A DNA stretch of 45,902 nucleotides from Neolecta irregularis DAH-3 (taxonomy: Eukaryota). Position 1 is the stretch's first letter; the number at the start of each line of letters is the position of its first letter. The stretch is from assembly GCA_001929475.1 (NCBI GenBank), contig LXFE01000360.1, positions 1 to 45,902 of the forward strand, in the 5' to 3' direction. The notes under the pieces were generated by a model. That model was not told where the DNA came from, did no database searches, and saw nothing but the letters and a program-made list of their open reading frames with translations. A program made the translations under genes and the position numbers. Positions 1-10,993 of the stretch are shown here, piece after piece.

Positions 1-139
1 GGTGTGCGTAATGTGACAGGTTTATATACAACTGATAACACATCTCCACGTGAGATGGCGAGATATGCCATCACGATTCCTACGATAAGAACTGTGACTC
101 TTACAGTCGGGGCAGGGGCACTGCGAGGGCAGGCTAGGA

Positions 140-213
140 CGCCAATACAGGCGGCGGGAGAGACGGGCGGGACAGGTGAGACGGGCTGGAGGGGACGGTG
201 AGGCAGGCGAGCG
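140..213 (-). repeat. G-rich tract resembling an inverted copy of the C-rich core of the dispersed element
   Basis: GGCGGGAGAGACGGGCGGGACAGGTGAG-type units whose reverse complement resembles the CTCTCCCGCC/CTCGCCCGTCTC units at 345-532 and 34640-34850. Confidence 0.5.
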
Positions 214-344
214 TTATCAGGGTACGATGCTTTGAGTTACGAGATTCTAATTGTAATAGGGTCGATTACTGGTTAATAAGCACAAATAGTTTGCCTTCAT
301 CTGCACAGCAGTATTATGGATTGCTCAAATCTATGTCGATTTGC

Positions 345-696
345 CATTCGCCCTTCCATCCCGCCTCTCCCGCCCGCCTCGCTCTCCCGCCTCTCTCCTG
401 TCTCTCTCCCATCTCTCTCTCCCGCCCACGCGCCTGTCGCTCCCGCCCATCCGCGCGCCTCTCCCGCACGCCTGCTTCGCCCGCCTCACCCTCCCGCCCT
501 CTCACCCTCCCACCCCTCTCACCCGTCTCGCCGGAAAAATAAATCTATAATTTTCTTTATATATCTCCTTCTCTCAATTCAACCATCAACGGAAATTTCT
601 ATATATAGCCTGGGTGCATGGGCGGCCGGACCCTCAGAAAAGACCATGGGCCAGGCCTTACAACAGCCCAGGGGCTTTGGCCTGTCCCCAACACTG
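345..696 (+). mobile_element. MITE-like non-autonomous element, copy 1 (C-rich core, right terminus)
   Basis: C-rich low-complexity core 345-532, then AAAAATAAATCTATAATTTT (matches AAAATTAAATCTACAATTTT near 35116). CATGGGCGGCCGGACCCTCAGAAAAGACCATGGGC matches 35277-35314. It ends GGCCTGTCCCCAACACTG (679-696), matching 37291-37308. Confidence 0.7.
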
Positions 697-705
697 CTCA
701 CAGAC

Positions 706-2219
706 CTAAAGGGCAATGCTATTACTTAAAGCTGCTTCAAATACGACAAATGCACTATATTCACCCTCAGCAACAGCTCCATATTCCCCTAAGCCTGACT
801 GTCCCTCATCCTCAGCAGCCTGTTTCTTCTTGCTAATGTTGGCAAAGTTTGGCTCTCCAAGATATGCATAGGCCTTGTTGAGAACAGTCCTGGTTTTTGA
901 TTCCTGTTTGGGGTAGGGCTTTTACTTTATTAGCATTCTCATTGATACTCTCTCACCCTCACAACTGTGGAAACAAAGTCCGGCGGTAACCCATATCGAA
1001 GAACGCTCTCCACAAATACCCGTATGGCTTTGAGGTGAATCCACGCCTGAAATGCGTCGCTAAAGGACATTTTTGCCAGTCTAAGGGTCTCTCCCTAAAT
1101 TTAAGTTGATAGAAATAACCATAAATGTACCCAAAGCTTCCGCTCCAATGATCCAGCCATCTCGATTTCTTTGTGCTCATCTTCCCCACTCATCGCATCC
1201 CACGTGAATTCGCGAGGCTGGAATCTTGCAGATCAAATAAACCATGACCTAATAACTCACTTTGCTTCCCGGCACTTGTTCGCAAATTCTGCTGCAAACC
1301 TTTTGAATAAAGTCACGCTAACAAGAATGTAATCTTCGTCTTCTGTGAGTTTCCTATAGTTTTAGCACACGCAAGATCTAGACTAACTTGGATGATCGTG
1401 GAACAACCATTTTTGAAAGCATTTCATATTTCTTCCACCAATCTTTTTGTATCGTTCTACTTGTCAACGTAGTTTGGGAAAAAGACAAACTTCGGTACTG
1501 CCACAAGCATTGTCTCAAGATATTCCGAGTTGGTCACAAAATCATCTTCTTTCACCATTCCTGCAAGACTTCGTTGCGAGAGATTTCCACTATGTAGTAA
1601 GTATTGAAATTGGAAATAGTAGCAACGTTTGTTTCCGTTGTAACGAAGTGTAAGTTCCTTTCGCTTGGTTCCAAGCTGCGTATTTTGTCCGGACATCCTC
1701 ATCGAGTGATGCCATTTCCTCAAATTAGCTTAAGAATATAAACATGTACATGCTTTACTCAGCGAGTCCATTAATTCATGTAAGGACTTGTCAGTCCGAT
1801 ATTTGATCGTGCTCCATTCAAAGGACTTCATGTATACGTCAATGTGTTCTAGAATTAATCTGGTCTTTTGATGGGGACGTACTCCCATCGACTTTCTGTT
1901 GGTCTCTCAATTTGTCTTCCTGACCTGGAAGTACGGTCTTCAAAACGTCCGCAATTTTGTTCACCACACCCTCGAAAGTCCCATCGAGTTTTGCCAACTC
2001 TTCGCTCTGGATAACCAAGGCATCTAGAGTTCCGATCTAGAGATGAGAAAGATTATTGATGATTACTAGTACCTTGAGCGACGGAATGGAAAACAGGGCA
2101 ACATCTGCATAATTGTTGCTGGTAGAGGAGATTTTAGACTTGATTTCCTGGTAGACTATGTTCTTGTCTCTTCCACCTTCTGTGGGTATGGCGATTAGCC
2201 AGTAAGAGCGAGAGTCCAT
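706..2219 (-). CDS. VMA5: V-type ATPase V1 subunit C (about 9 introns)
   Basis: Spliced translation [12 protein letters not shown]...FSIPSLK|IGTLDAL...GNLSQRSL...[12 protein letters not shown]...[22 protein letters not shown]...SNSIAL*, with typical subunit C motifs. Confidence 0.93.
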
Positions 2220-2475
2220 TAAGATTCGTCGTTGTATCAATAGGGATGTGGTTACTCCAATCAATAAATCGATGAAATAAACGCGCTACTTTTCTGATTT
2301 CTTTGCAAATACAACCAACCACTGTATCACAAGTTATTGAATTGATAAATGTAGGCAAAAGAGTGGTCAATGTCCTTTTAATCACCTGGTTCAAAGTGGC
2401 ATCAAGGAACATTGAAAATACATTTGATCTATGCCAGATGAAAACCCAATAGCCTTCGAGAAATGAAACGGCTTG

Positions 2476-3407
2476 TTAGCTGCGTCGGCTATTCCATTGC
2501 CGCACAAGTTCTTCGTACAACGTCCAAGTGATTGCAGAACTCACAGCTTTCCTTGCCATTCTGAGGCCTACTCCGTCCATGAATCCCATTATTCCTTCCT
2601 CCTTGCAGTTAGCACCAAGGACCTTGATCTACAAACTCTGAAAATCTTCCGTGTCGAACTCTGGAGATTTACATATTCTCTCGGTCTTGTTTGTATTCTC
2701 GTTTTAATGAGATCAAAGGGATTGGTGAATATTGTAGCCGAAACTCCGGCGACCATACCTGCCTGTGTTGGCAGACTTTCAAGTACCCGCACCTGAAGCA
2801 AAATTGACAGGTAGCGAGTTGCCTGGAAGAGTTTTTTTGCAGGCCTCATAAGAAAACACGTATATCCCGGCATAGGGAGCATCACGAAGAGCAGTGACTC
2901 CAAATCCAGCAAAGAATCCTACCTTTCAATGATAAGGCATATATTGAGACTGACCATTAACACCTCCACCACGAAATATATCCCGAGTGGCATGTAAAAT
3001 AGTGTTATATGTGTACAGGCTGCTCTATTTTATCAAGATCCCTTCCAATATATCAGGTGTACCTCAAAACGGACTTTGACTATCGTAATCGGCATCATGA
3101 CGAATCCCACAGCTGCTCGGGCGCTAGCTCCGGTAATCAGATTGACCATTGCGGTATTATTGTCCTTTCTCATCATCGCCAGAGTTTGAAAGTACAATGC
3201 CGAACCAACAGACGTCCGGATCATGCTCGGCCAGGCTCCTCTCCACAAGCCCCAAACACCTTCATTACGAAGAATGGCGGTTACTTGAGAATATACCGAC
3301 CCCGCTTTTCTGGTCTGTTGAACTCGCGTTTTGAGTAAATCAAAGGGCTGCAGTACAACGCTGGAAAGAAGACCGGATACTGCACCGGCCGACAGATGGG
3401 AAACCAT
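2476..3407 (-). CDS. HEM25: Mitochondrial glycine carrier (SLC25A38 family), 4 introns
   Basis: Three carrier repeats: [33 protein letters not shown]. Family motifs [19 protein letters not shown] and [15 protein letters not shown]. Confidence 0.88.
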
Positions 3408-3506
3408 ATAAGCGCAGATAATAAAGGGGAAAATCCCCAAAAGAATTTTGGTTACACCAGAGACCGCTTTTAAAAATATATTTCCCTGTCAACCACCAAA
3501 AGTAAT

Positions 3507-5082
3507 ATGCGCTTGCGAATATCTACTCGTTGCTATACCGTCACCTCGAAGCGCAAGTTGACCGTACATCCTCCAAGTATGTCTTCGCTGATCGTGAGAC
3601 CGGTCTGCAGAATCGTCTATCGAATGTTTTTATTCCCCCATATATCGCATCTCGAGTAGATGGTGGTATGGTTATACCCTTTTTCCAGGCTGAATCGAGG
3701 CTCGGGACACGAATTGCTTCTCAAACATGGGTTTCTGCGTCAGGTACGAGGAATGTCATTCGAAAGCAACTCATTGTCTTGACTACATCGGGGATCTATC
3801 ATGTATTACCCCTTGGATTGAGAGTGCAGGAAAAGATTGAACGGATCATTAATATTACCATGGCATCTCTGTGTATGACAATTTGCTGCCTGACTTAATG
3901 AAGAGGTGCCTCAAAGTTATCGTTATCGACTTTATCGTCCTCAAAATTATGGAAACAGACTGGTAGGTGGGAAAAATACGGACAAGAGGTAGCTGTCTCT
4001 AAATCCGTTCTCACGATTAGCTCTTTCGTTTGACAGATCGAAAATCAAGCGAATTTTGTCTTTGCCCAACTCATGAGGAGGAAATTACAAATTTAATAGC
4101 CAATGAAATATTAAGCTATCGTCAATTACCACTGAGACTCTATCAAATCGGTACAGCCTTTACATGTTATTTGTTGATTCCAGGACGCAAATTTCGAGAC
4201 GAGAAAAGGCCTCGGGGAGGGCTTTTACGGGGTAGAGAGTTTCTCATGAATGACCTCTATACATTTGACGCTTCTGAAGCCGCTGCAATGCAGACATATG
4301 ATGCTGTACAAGCAGCATATTATCGCCTATTCAAGACTATTGGAGTGCCGTTCGTCGTAGCAGAGGCAGAAAGCGGCAACATTGGCGGCGATAAATCACA
4401 CGAATATCACTATTTATCTTCGAGTATACCAGAATTTGGAGCGCTGTTAACAATAGGTGGAGAAGACAAGGTCCTCGTGTGTGAGCGCTGCAACTATGCT
4501 GTCAATACAGAGAGATCTAGCAGTCCGCAATGCCTCCAGTGTGGATCTCAAATGCATGAAAAGAGTGCAATTGAAGTGGGCCACACGTTTCACCTTGGTA
4601 CTCGATACTCGGAGGCACTCGGCGCCTTTGTCACGGCTGAAGATCCTTCGATCCGCTCTGCAATCCAAATGGGTTGCCATGGCATTGGCGTTTCGAGGCT
4701 TGTAGTGGCAATTGCCGATATTTGTCGTGGTTCTCGCGGCCTTTGCTGGCCGGTGTCTGTTGCCCCGTGGGAAACGGTGATTGTAACTGCAGGGCAAGAG
4801 GAAGGAGCCGAGCAAGTATGGGATCTGCTTAAAGATTACACAGATTCGGTCATTGACGACCGCCAAAAGACGCTTGGATGGAAGCTGAAAGACGCCGAAG
4901 CGGTTGGATATCCGGTCACAGTCATAGTCGGCCGTGGTTGGCAGAACCAAAAGATTGAGATTCAGACTCCAAGGGGTGACCGGTGGGAAGGGCTGTTGCA
5001 TGAATCGCCCGTAGTGCTCCAGAAACTCCTGGAACAGCTAAAGACTAAGCTCAGCGCCGATTTAACCGACACAATATCTTAA
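3507..5082 (+). CDS. AIM10: Mitochondrial (bacterial-type) prolyl-tRNA synthetase, about 7 introns
   Basis: LCPTHEEEIT, YQIG|RKFRDEKRPRGGLLRGREFLM, IEVGHTFHLGTRYS, MGCHGIGVSRL and an anticodon-binding domain. Arg-rich N-terminus. Confidence 0.9.
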
Positions 5083-5189
5083 ACCGGACACAATATGAAT
5101 TTATAAGAACTCCATATATTGCGTCGGGTCTAGGGGAGTGTCGGTTAAATCGGCACTGAGCTTAAGTGGATTATATATGTATTAGACCG

Positions 5190-6556
5190 ATGCGAAAAAA
5201 TATTCTTGCACTTACCACATCCATGCAACCCTTTAAGTTTACAAAATCTGTTCATCTGCATCACTCGCCGGCGACAGTTACTTTGGAACGACCTACGAAT
5301 CAGTCTGAAAAATTATCGTTTGCCGAAGTGCTCTCAAACGGATGTCCTACCCTAAAAAGTTTCCATGCAAACCCTTTCCTTCCCTCGCCGCACTTTCAGA
5401 CCTTGTATCCTGTATTCAAGTCTTTTGAGGGCGTCAACCATATCCATTATGCTCGAAAGCTACTAGAGACGACCCAGGGAGGCATGACGGCGCTCGACTT
5501 TGTTTGCACTGGGGGAAAAGACCACCCTGAACTACCGGCCCGCACACGATTCGAAGATCCGGCTCCTTCCGACGATGATCAATATATGGTTGTGCTCCTT
5601 CATGGTCTGGCTGGTGGATCAAATGAGTCATACGTTCGAGCTGCTCTCGACGGGATATCGTTCCCTGCTGTTGTGATGAATGCTCGGGGGTGTGGATTGT
5701 CCGAAGTGACTTCTCCACATCTGTTTTCTGCAATGTGGACAGAAGATCTGGACAATGCTATGACATACTTGAAAAAGATCTATCCTCGCCGGAGATTCTT
5801 TGTAGGATCTGTAATTGATTCCGCTCATGAGTAGGCGGTTGGGTTCAGTCTAGGAGGCAACATATTGAGCATTGTGAGACAAATTAGGATAAGGGCTAAT
5901 TGGCTAGTATCTAGGGCTAAAGGGAGAAAAGAGTCCATTTTCAGCAGCTATTGTACTGTCGAACCCCTGGAACCTAGAAGTGTGCAACCACTCGCTGCTT
6001 AGAACGTATGTCGGTCAACAGTATAGCAAGGGCATGGCACGAAACATGAAGGCGTTGTATGAAAGGTACACAAGCCTAGTGGCTGGTTCTGATTTGCAAT
6101 AGGCATGCTCATGTTTTCCAGAATGACGACCGAGTTGATATCTCCAGGGTCCGAAACGTAACTTGGATGCATGGTTTGTGCTGGCGTGTTTCACTGGGTG
6201 CTCATGTCAGAATTTGATCGCGAAGTAACCTGCAAGTTGTTTGGATTTCCGACGGTTTCCACGTACCAGCGCGCGGCAAGCTCGGTGCGCCAGTTACCGA
6301 ATATCAAAACACCAATGTTGATTATCCACGCGGTGGACGATCCTGTTTGTAGAGTATTTGAGGGAGGCTTATTGAGTAGATCTCGCACCGGGAGGCTATA
6401 CCGTGGGACGAGATTGAGGCGAACTCGTACTGTGTTTTGGCGGTTACCCAAAAGGGGGGTCATGTTGGATGGTTTGGCTGGGGCGGGGAGCGATGGTTTG
6501 TCAGTGTAGTGCGAGAGTTTTTGGAGACAATGGAGGATTGGGAGTGGAAGATTTAG
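5190..6556 (+). CDS. Alpha/beta hydrolase, EHT1/EEB1/ABHD1-3 family, 5 introns (start codon uncertain)
   Basis: LHGLAGGSNESYVR, NARGCG, nucleophile motif GFSLGGNIL, IHAVDDP and GGHVGWF. Confidence 0.87.
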
Positions 6557-6759
6557 CTAGTGTATGCAGAAACAGAAAATGGAACTAGAACACATGGCGG
6601 AAATAGCAACGGGAGGGATATGGCGATATGTGAGTGTATCGGGCCACGGGATGCCTTAAATTGGGTGGCAGAGGCGCGTGGGTGTTGCGTTCAGACAATG
6701 CAACTGGGCTGAGACATGTGAGACAATGGTATAAGTGTTGGGAGAATGGTAGATTTGCA

Positions 6760-6965
6760 GCAGATGAGCAGGATGAGCAGATAACAGCAGATATGCGCAT
6801 ATGTGAGCAGATGTGAGTGAGTAGAGTAGAGTATAGTAGAGTAATACAGTATAGCAAAGTCGAGTAGATGATAGTATAGTATGGTATACTAGAGTCTTAA
6901 GATGATAGCAAAGAAGATAGGGTGAGATAGCAGCAGATACAGTATAGCTGATGGTAGTCTATATC
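6760..6965 (+). repeat. Purine-rich low-complexity tract upstream of ste11
   Basis: (AGTAG/AGTAT)n runs, ATACAGTATAGC x2 (6844, 6937) and GATGAGCAG x2. Confidence 0.65.
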
Positions 6966-7086
6966 AGATGGATGGTGGTCGAGGAAAGAAACGAGAGATA
7001 ACGCGCAGCATATTGATTCATGGACTGTATGCACTCAGCCCAGACCCAGACACTCGCCTGCGCATGGACGCTAGCCTCTCTGAGAC

Positions 7087-7953
7087 ATGCCGCCTCTTCA
7101 TAAGCCGTCTTGCTGCTCCTCCATCCCTTTCATGTCCTCCGCCTCCGCCTCCGCCTCCTGCCCTGACCCTAACTGCTATCCCTACCCGTTGCCCTCCTTT
7201 TCCTTTGATGCCCCGCTCCTCCATCCCTTTTCCCTCCCGGACCAACCACCACGCATCCCGCAAGACCCGCCCGTAAAGCGCCCGCTCAACAGCTTCATGC
7301 TCTATCGTCGCGACAAGCAAAGCGAGATCCCGACGACAAACCACCAGAGCATCTCCCGCATCATCGGCGCTCTCTGGCGCAATGAATCCGCCGACACAAA
7401 GGCATACTATGCAGATCTCGCCGCAAAGGAGCGTGACAAGCACCTCAAAGACTTTCCAAACTACAAGTTCTCCCCTAAAAAGAATAAGAAGCAAAAGACC
7501 ATCATCAAGCGCTCGCCCAGCCGCACCCGTGATGCCGACCGTGCCTTTGAACGCCAGTTTGTTGCAAGCGTAACTGGCGACGACAAGCTGCTCGACGATC
7601 CTTCGGGCCGCAAAAAGCGAAGAAAGCTCGACTCTTACTCCTCTAATCCCGGACTTGCCACTCCCCCTACCTTCGATTCGCCTTTCGCCTTTGACGATCC
7701 CCATACCAGCCATCCCTACGGCCTTGCCTCCTACGACACAATCACTCCTCCTCTCATCCACTGGCAAGTCGCCCATAACCTCCAACCGGCTCCGCTGCCC
7801 GCCATCCAGGAAGACACCCTCTTTACAAAGTCCTATTTTGAATACCTCCAGAGCGAAGTCTACGGAATTGTCCCCTCCCAGCACACAGAGTACGAGCTTT
7901 TCGGAGCCGATTCGGCCGCTCGTTCCGTCGGAAATAATTGGCATCAGCCTTAA
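7087..7953 (+). CDS. ste11: HMG-box transcription factor, fission-yeast Ste11 type; intronless
   Basis: KRPLNSFMLYRRDKQSEIPTTNHQSISRIIGALWRNES closely matches the S. pombe Ste11 HMG box as I recall it (KRPLNSFMLYRRDRQAEIPTSNHQSISRIIGQLWRNES). Confidence 0.88.
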   Translation: MPPLHKPSCCSSIPFMSSASASASCPDPNCYPYPLPSFSFDAPLLHPFSLPDQPPRIPQDPPVKRPLNSFMLYRRDKQSEIPTTNHQSISRIIGALWRNESADTKAYYADLAAKERDKHLKDFPNYKFSPKKNKKQKTIIKRSPSRTRDADRAFERQFVASVTGDDKLLDDPSGRKKRRKLDSYSSNPGLATPPTFDSPFAFDDPHTSHPYGLASYDTITPPLIHWQVAHNLQPAPLPAIQEDTLFTKSYFEYLQSEVYGIVPSQHTEYELFGADSAARSVGNNWHQP

Positions 7954-8740
7954 CCCTGGGCAGGTCCTCTGGGTTTGGGTGCATCGGCTGATGGTTTGGT
8001 TGCTACATTAGACTAGTTGCATTGTACAGGACGGTGTAAAAGCATTTGTATTCTCCATAGCTCCCCACTTTTGTCCATATCTTGATCCGCAAAATACCCC
8101 TATCTCTATAGCATCTCCGACTCCCACGTTCCTGAGTGGAGCCATATCGACATCTGGCGTGCTCTTGCGCCAGCCGTCACTTTGCAATCAATATTTTCAT
8201 TTCATGTCTTGGATTTATTTGCCACTTCGGCATTCAATTGATAGTGCCGCCTCATGTCTCAGAATTCAATACCCGCTTCTGTCTCACCCACCAGGCAAAG
8301 GGAAGAGGTCTCATCACTTCCAGGGTAGCAACTGGGTCAAAACAGCCTCGCTCCTTTTTTATTCACATCCTTTGAATAGAAACGAGTCCGCTTGCTTTTG
8401 CAAGAACAAAGCACATCTCCTTCAAAGGAAATCGCTTTGATTTTTAAGCCATTTTACATTTTTAGTATCGTAGCTCGGCTTCCATTTGTCACCGCATCGT
8501 TTGATCCTTGTCGCCTCCAAATCTAGACCGGCTTCTTACTAGTCACACCTAGCAACCGTCTAGGACACTCGCAGCCAAACAGCCAAAGCTGGATACCTCG
8601 CTTCGCTTTCTTGGTTTTTATTGTATGCATGAATAAACTCACAACCAAATACATATGCCTAGTCCTCCTTTACCGAATACCACAAGAAATGTTAACTACT
8701 CACAATATCCAGTCCTTTCGCCGAAAACCAGGACAACAAC

Positions 8741-10783
8741 TCATAACATGCCATAACTCACACTCTCTGAATTTTGGTGGGCCCGATATGGAACACCATC
8801 GCCAGACCTAGTAGATGTAGTCACAATACTATCTTCAGAATCCGATCGTTCTATTTGCAACTGCTTAGACCTGACAAGTCCAACTCGCTCCTCCTCCGCT
8901 CCCTGGGACTTTCGATTCGGCGTAATCTCTCCAAAGCTATACTGCGTCTTCAATCTATGCTTTGGTGTTTCCTCGTGTGTCCGGGGGCGCTGAATTTCGA
9001 GATCTTCAATGTGTACACGGGGCAGAGGTTCCATGTTTATATGTTTGCCAGGCTTCAGTCCGACTCCAAACACTCCACTGGTGACAACGGGAGTTCGAAT
9101 CATTTCGCGACCGTTTGTGCCGAGATCGCCTTCTTTCGCATCCCGAATATCCACCTCTGGGACTTTGGGCATCGGGCGGTGAGAACCGGACGATCGCGCC
9201 GAGTCGGGCCGATCCACGTGCAGAAACGGCATAGTATTCATGCCATGCCGGCTCGAAGCTCTATTCTGGGAAACAGAGGACGTGTAACTTGCCAAAGTAT
9301 CACGGCGAGGGTTTCGACTTAGTCGCCGGATAGAAAGCGTTCCGCGTAACGCATCTGCTCCGGGGTCAAACTGATCTTGTTCGGCATTGGCAGCAGCAGA
9401 CACGTCATTGAGCCCGCCAGAAAGTTCGCTTGTATCCGGCAAATTCTTGGCACTCTTGGAGAACTGCAACAACACTACACCAGCAGTGATTACAAGAAAC
9501 GACATGACGATAGATGTGATCTGAGTAGGCGTGCCTTTGAACCCTTGGAACAGTACAGCAGATGCGATCTGGAGTTAGCAATACGTATATTCGCCCATAC
9601 CATTGTGGATGTCGTGAAGGCAACATAGTATGTCGGAGTGACAATCGAAGTCTGCAATATCAGTAAATACCAGATGTGAAGCGTGCATTATAGATATTTA
9701 GTGCCTTCTGCTACATTAGCCAATATTCCTGAATCAAGTCTCACGTTCAAGTAATTGATTTCAGTAAGAAGAGTTACCATGACACAGAAAGCTAATACAT
9801 AAAGAAACCATTGGTTGAATTGGTTCTTTGTCCCTCCAATTGCTGCAACGATCGACGCCCCCAACCCTTGTGTTGCCACCACTGAGATGCCCCCGATCAG
9901 CGAGCAGATAGAAAGGTACACCATCATAGTCTACCATTACTTGCGTATATATGAAAGGGGTACCTTGTTGCCGTATCTCGGGCCAGCCCAAAAGGCAAGA
10001 AATGCACAAATGCCAAGGATTAATCCGGTGTAGACCAAGAACCCGACACTTATGACATATCTTTGCATTTCTTGAATATTCTTGACCGAACCCTGACCCG
10101 GAGCATTTAGAATAATGTTTATGGCCCTGATTGATCAGTGGCCGACCACAATGGGAAATCACCCGTTTATACATAGAAAGCATGCCGTCTTTCCTACAAA
10201 AGAAAGACGTTCTTTCAGAAAGATGCTCGAGAATATTGCGCTGATGAATTAAGACAAATCAGACAGCAGAGGCTACCTGATCACAACGGAAAGAGCGCCA
10301 AGAGGTGTAACAAGGATTGCCTGAGAATAAGCAAACAATCATTAAACGCCAAGAGGTGACCTCCGTGAACGCATAGGCGACAAAATTGCATATCTCACCA
10401 ACAATCACTGATCGGTCAACGGGAATACGCGGGATTGAAAAAGATACTTAGAATCATTCCAATCCACCACAAACTATCAAGTTTAGCCTCGTCAGGGTGG
10501 ACTGACAAACCTGGATTTCAAGTATTCATGGCCTTCGCCAGCGGTGCAACCGTACTTCTCGTTCGCACTTAATAAACCTACGTACAATTAGCAATCTCGA
10601 GCGCAGCGCTCGGGATCGTTACCTTTCTTCTTGAGAGGAAATGATATGCCGATAAAGAGACCTGCATGAATAAATATCATAACAACATGCCAATGAACCT
10701 GAAAAAACAGCCAGGGTCAGTCCAACAACCTTATGAGAGGCATCTGCCGAGGAAGTAGAAGTCGACTCGGACCCGCCGGTCAT
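8741..10783 (-). CDS. NIPA/DUF803 family magnesium transporter, about 11 introns
   Basis: GEGHEYLKS|LWWIGM..VGEICNFVAYAF..AILVTPLGALSV, YLSICSLIGGISV, EINYLN|KALNIYN|TSIVTPTYY, followed by a hydrophilic tail. Confidence 0.9.
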
Positions 10784-10834
10784 TTCAGATACAGATTAAG
10801 GAGAATGACACAAGATAAATGATAGATTGCACTC

Positions 10835-10842
10835 TGTGACTG
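10835..10842 (-). promoter_or_regulatory. Homol D-like box (CAGTCACA) in the NIPA/DIS3 divergent promoter
   Basis: Exact TGTGACTG about 52 bp upstream of the NIPA ATG. CAGTCACA is the S. pombe Homol D core promoter element. Confidence 0.4.
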
Positions 10843-10993
10843 AGCGAATTCGCAGACAAAGCCGAAAATGTCGTATTTTGCCTATAGAGAATGATCTGGA
10901 TGCGGGTATTATTTCTCTTTTATAAGTAGTTGTTGTTTTGGAATGTGTCTAGAGATTAGGTTTGTGATTCGGTCGGAAGCCAATACCACCACC

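Noticed and set aside
4-836. Overlapping Pro/Ser/Arg-rich ORFs (likewise at 34520-35097 and 36923-37196)
   Set aside because: Artefacts of the low-complexity repeat core, which lacks stop codons.
5062-5096. Small duplication TTAA(A)CCG(G)ACACAATAT across the ProRS stop codon
   Set aside because: Real but most likely a trivial slippage event.
7018-7944. 308-aa antisense ORF
   Set aside because: Shadow of the C-rich ste11 coding strand; no recognisable motifs.
7087-7953. Mating-type (MAT) locus
   Set aside because: The HMG box matches Ste11 rather than Mc/MAT1-2-1, and no alpha-box, homeodomain, SLA2 or APN2 neighbours are present.
7954-8740. Possible ncRNA in the long convergent intergenic region
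   Set aside because: No tRNA, snRNA or snoRNA hallmark recognisable by eye; would need an Rfam/Infernal search.
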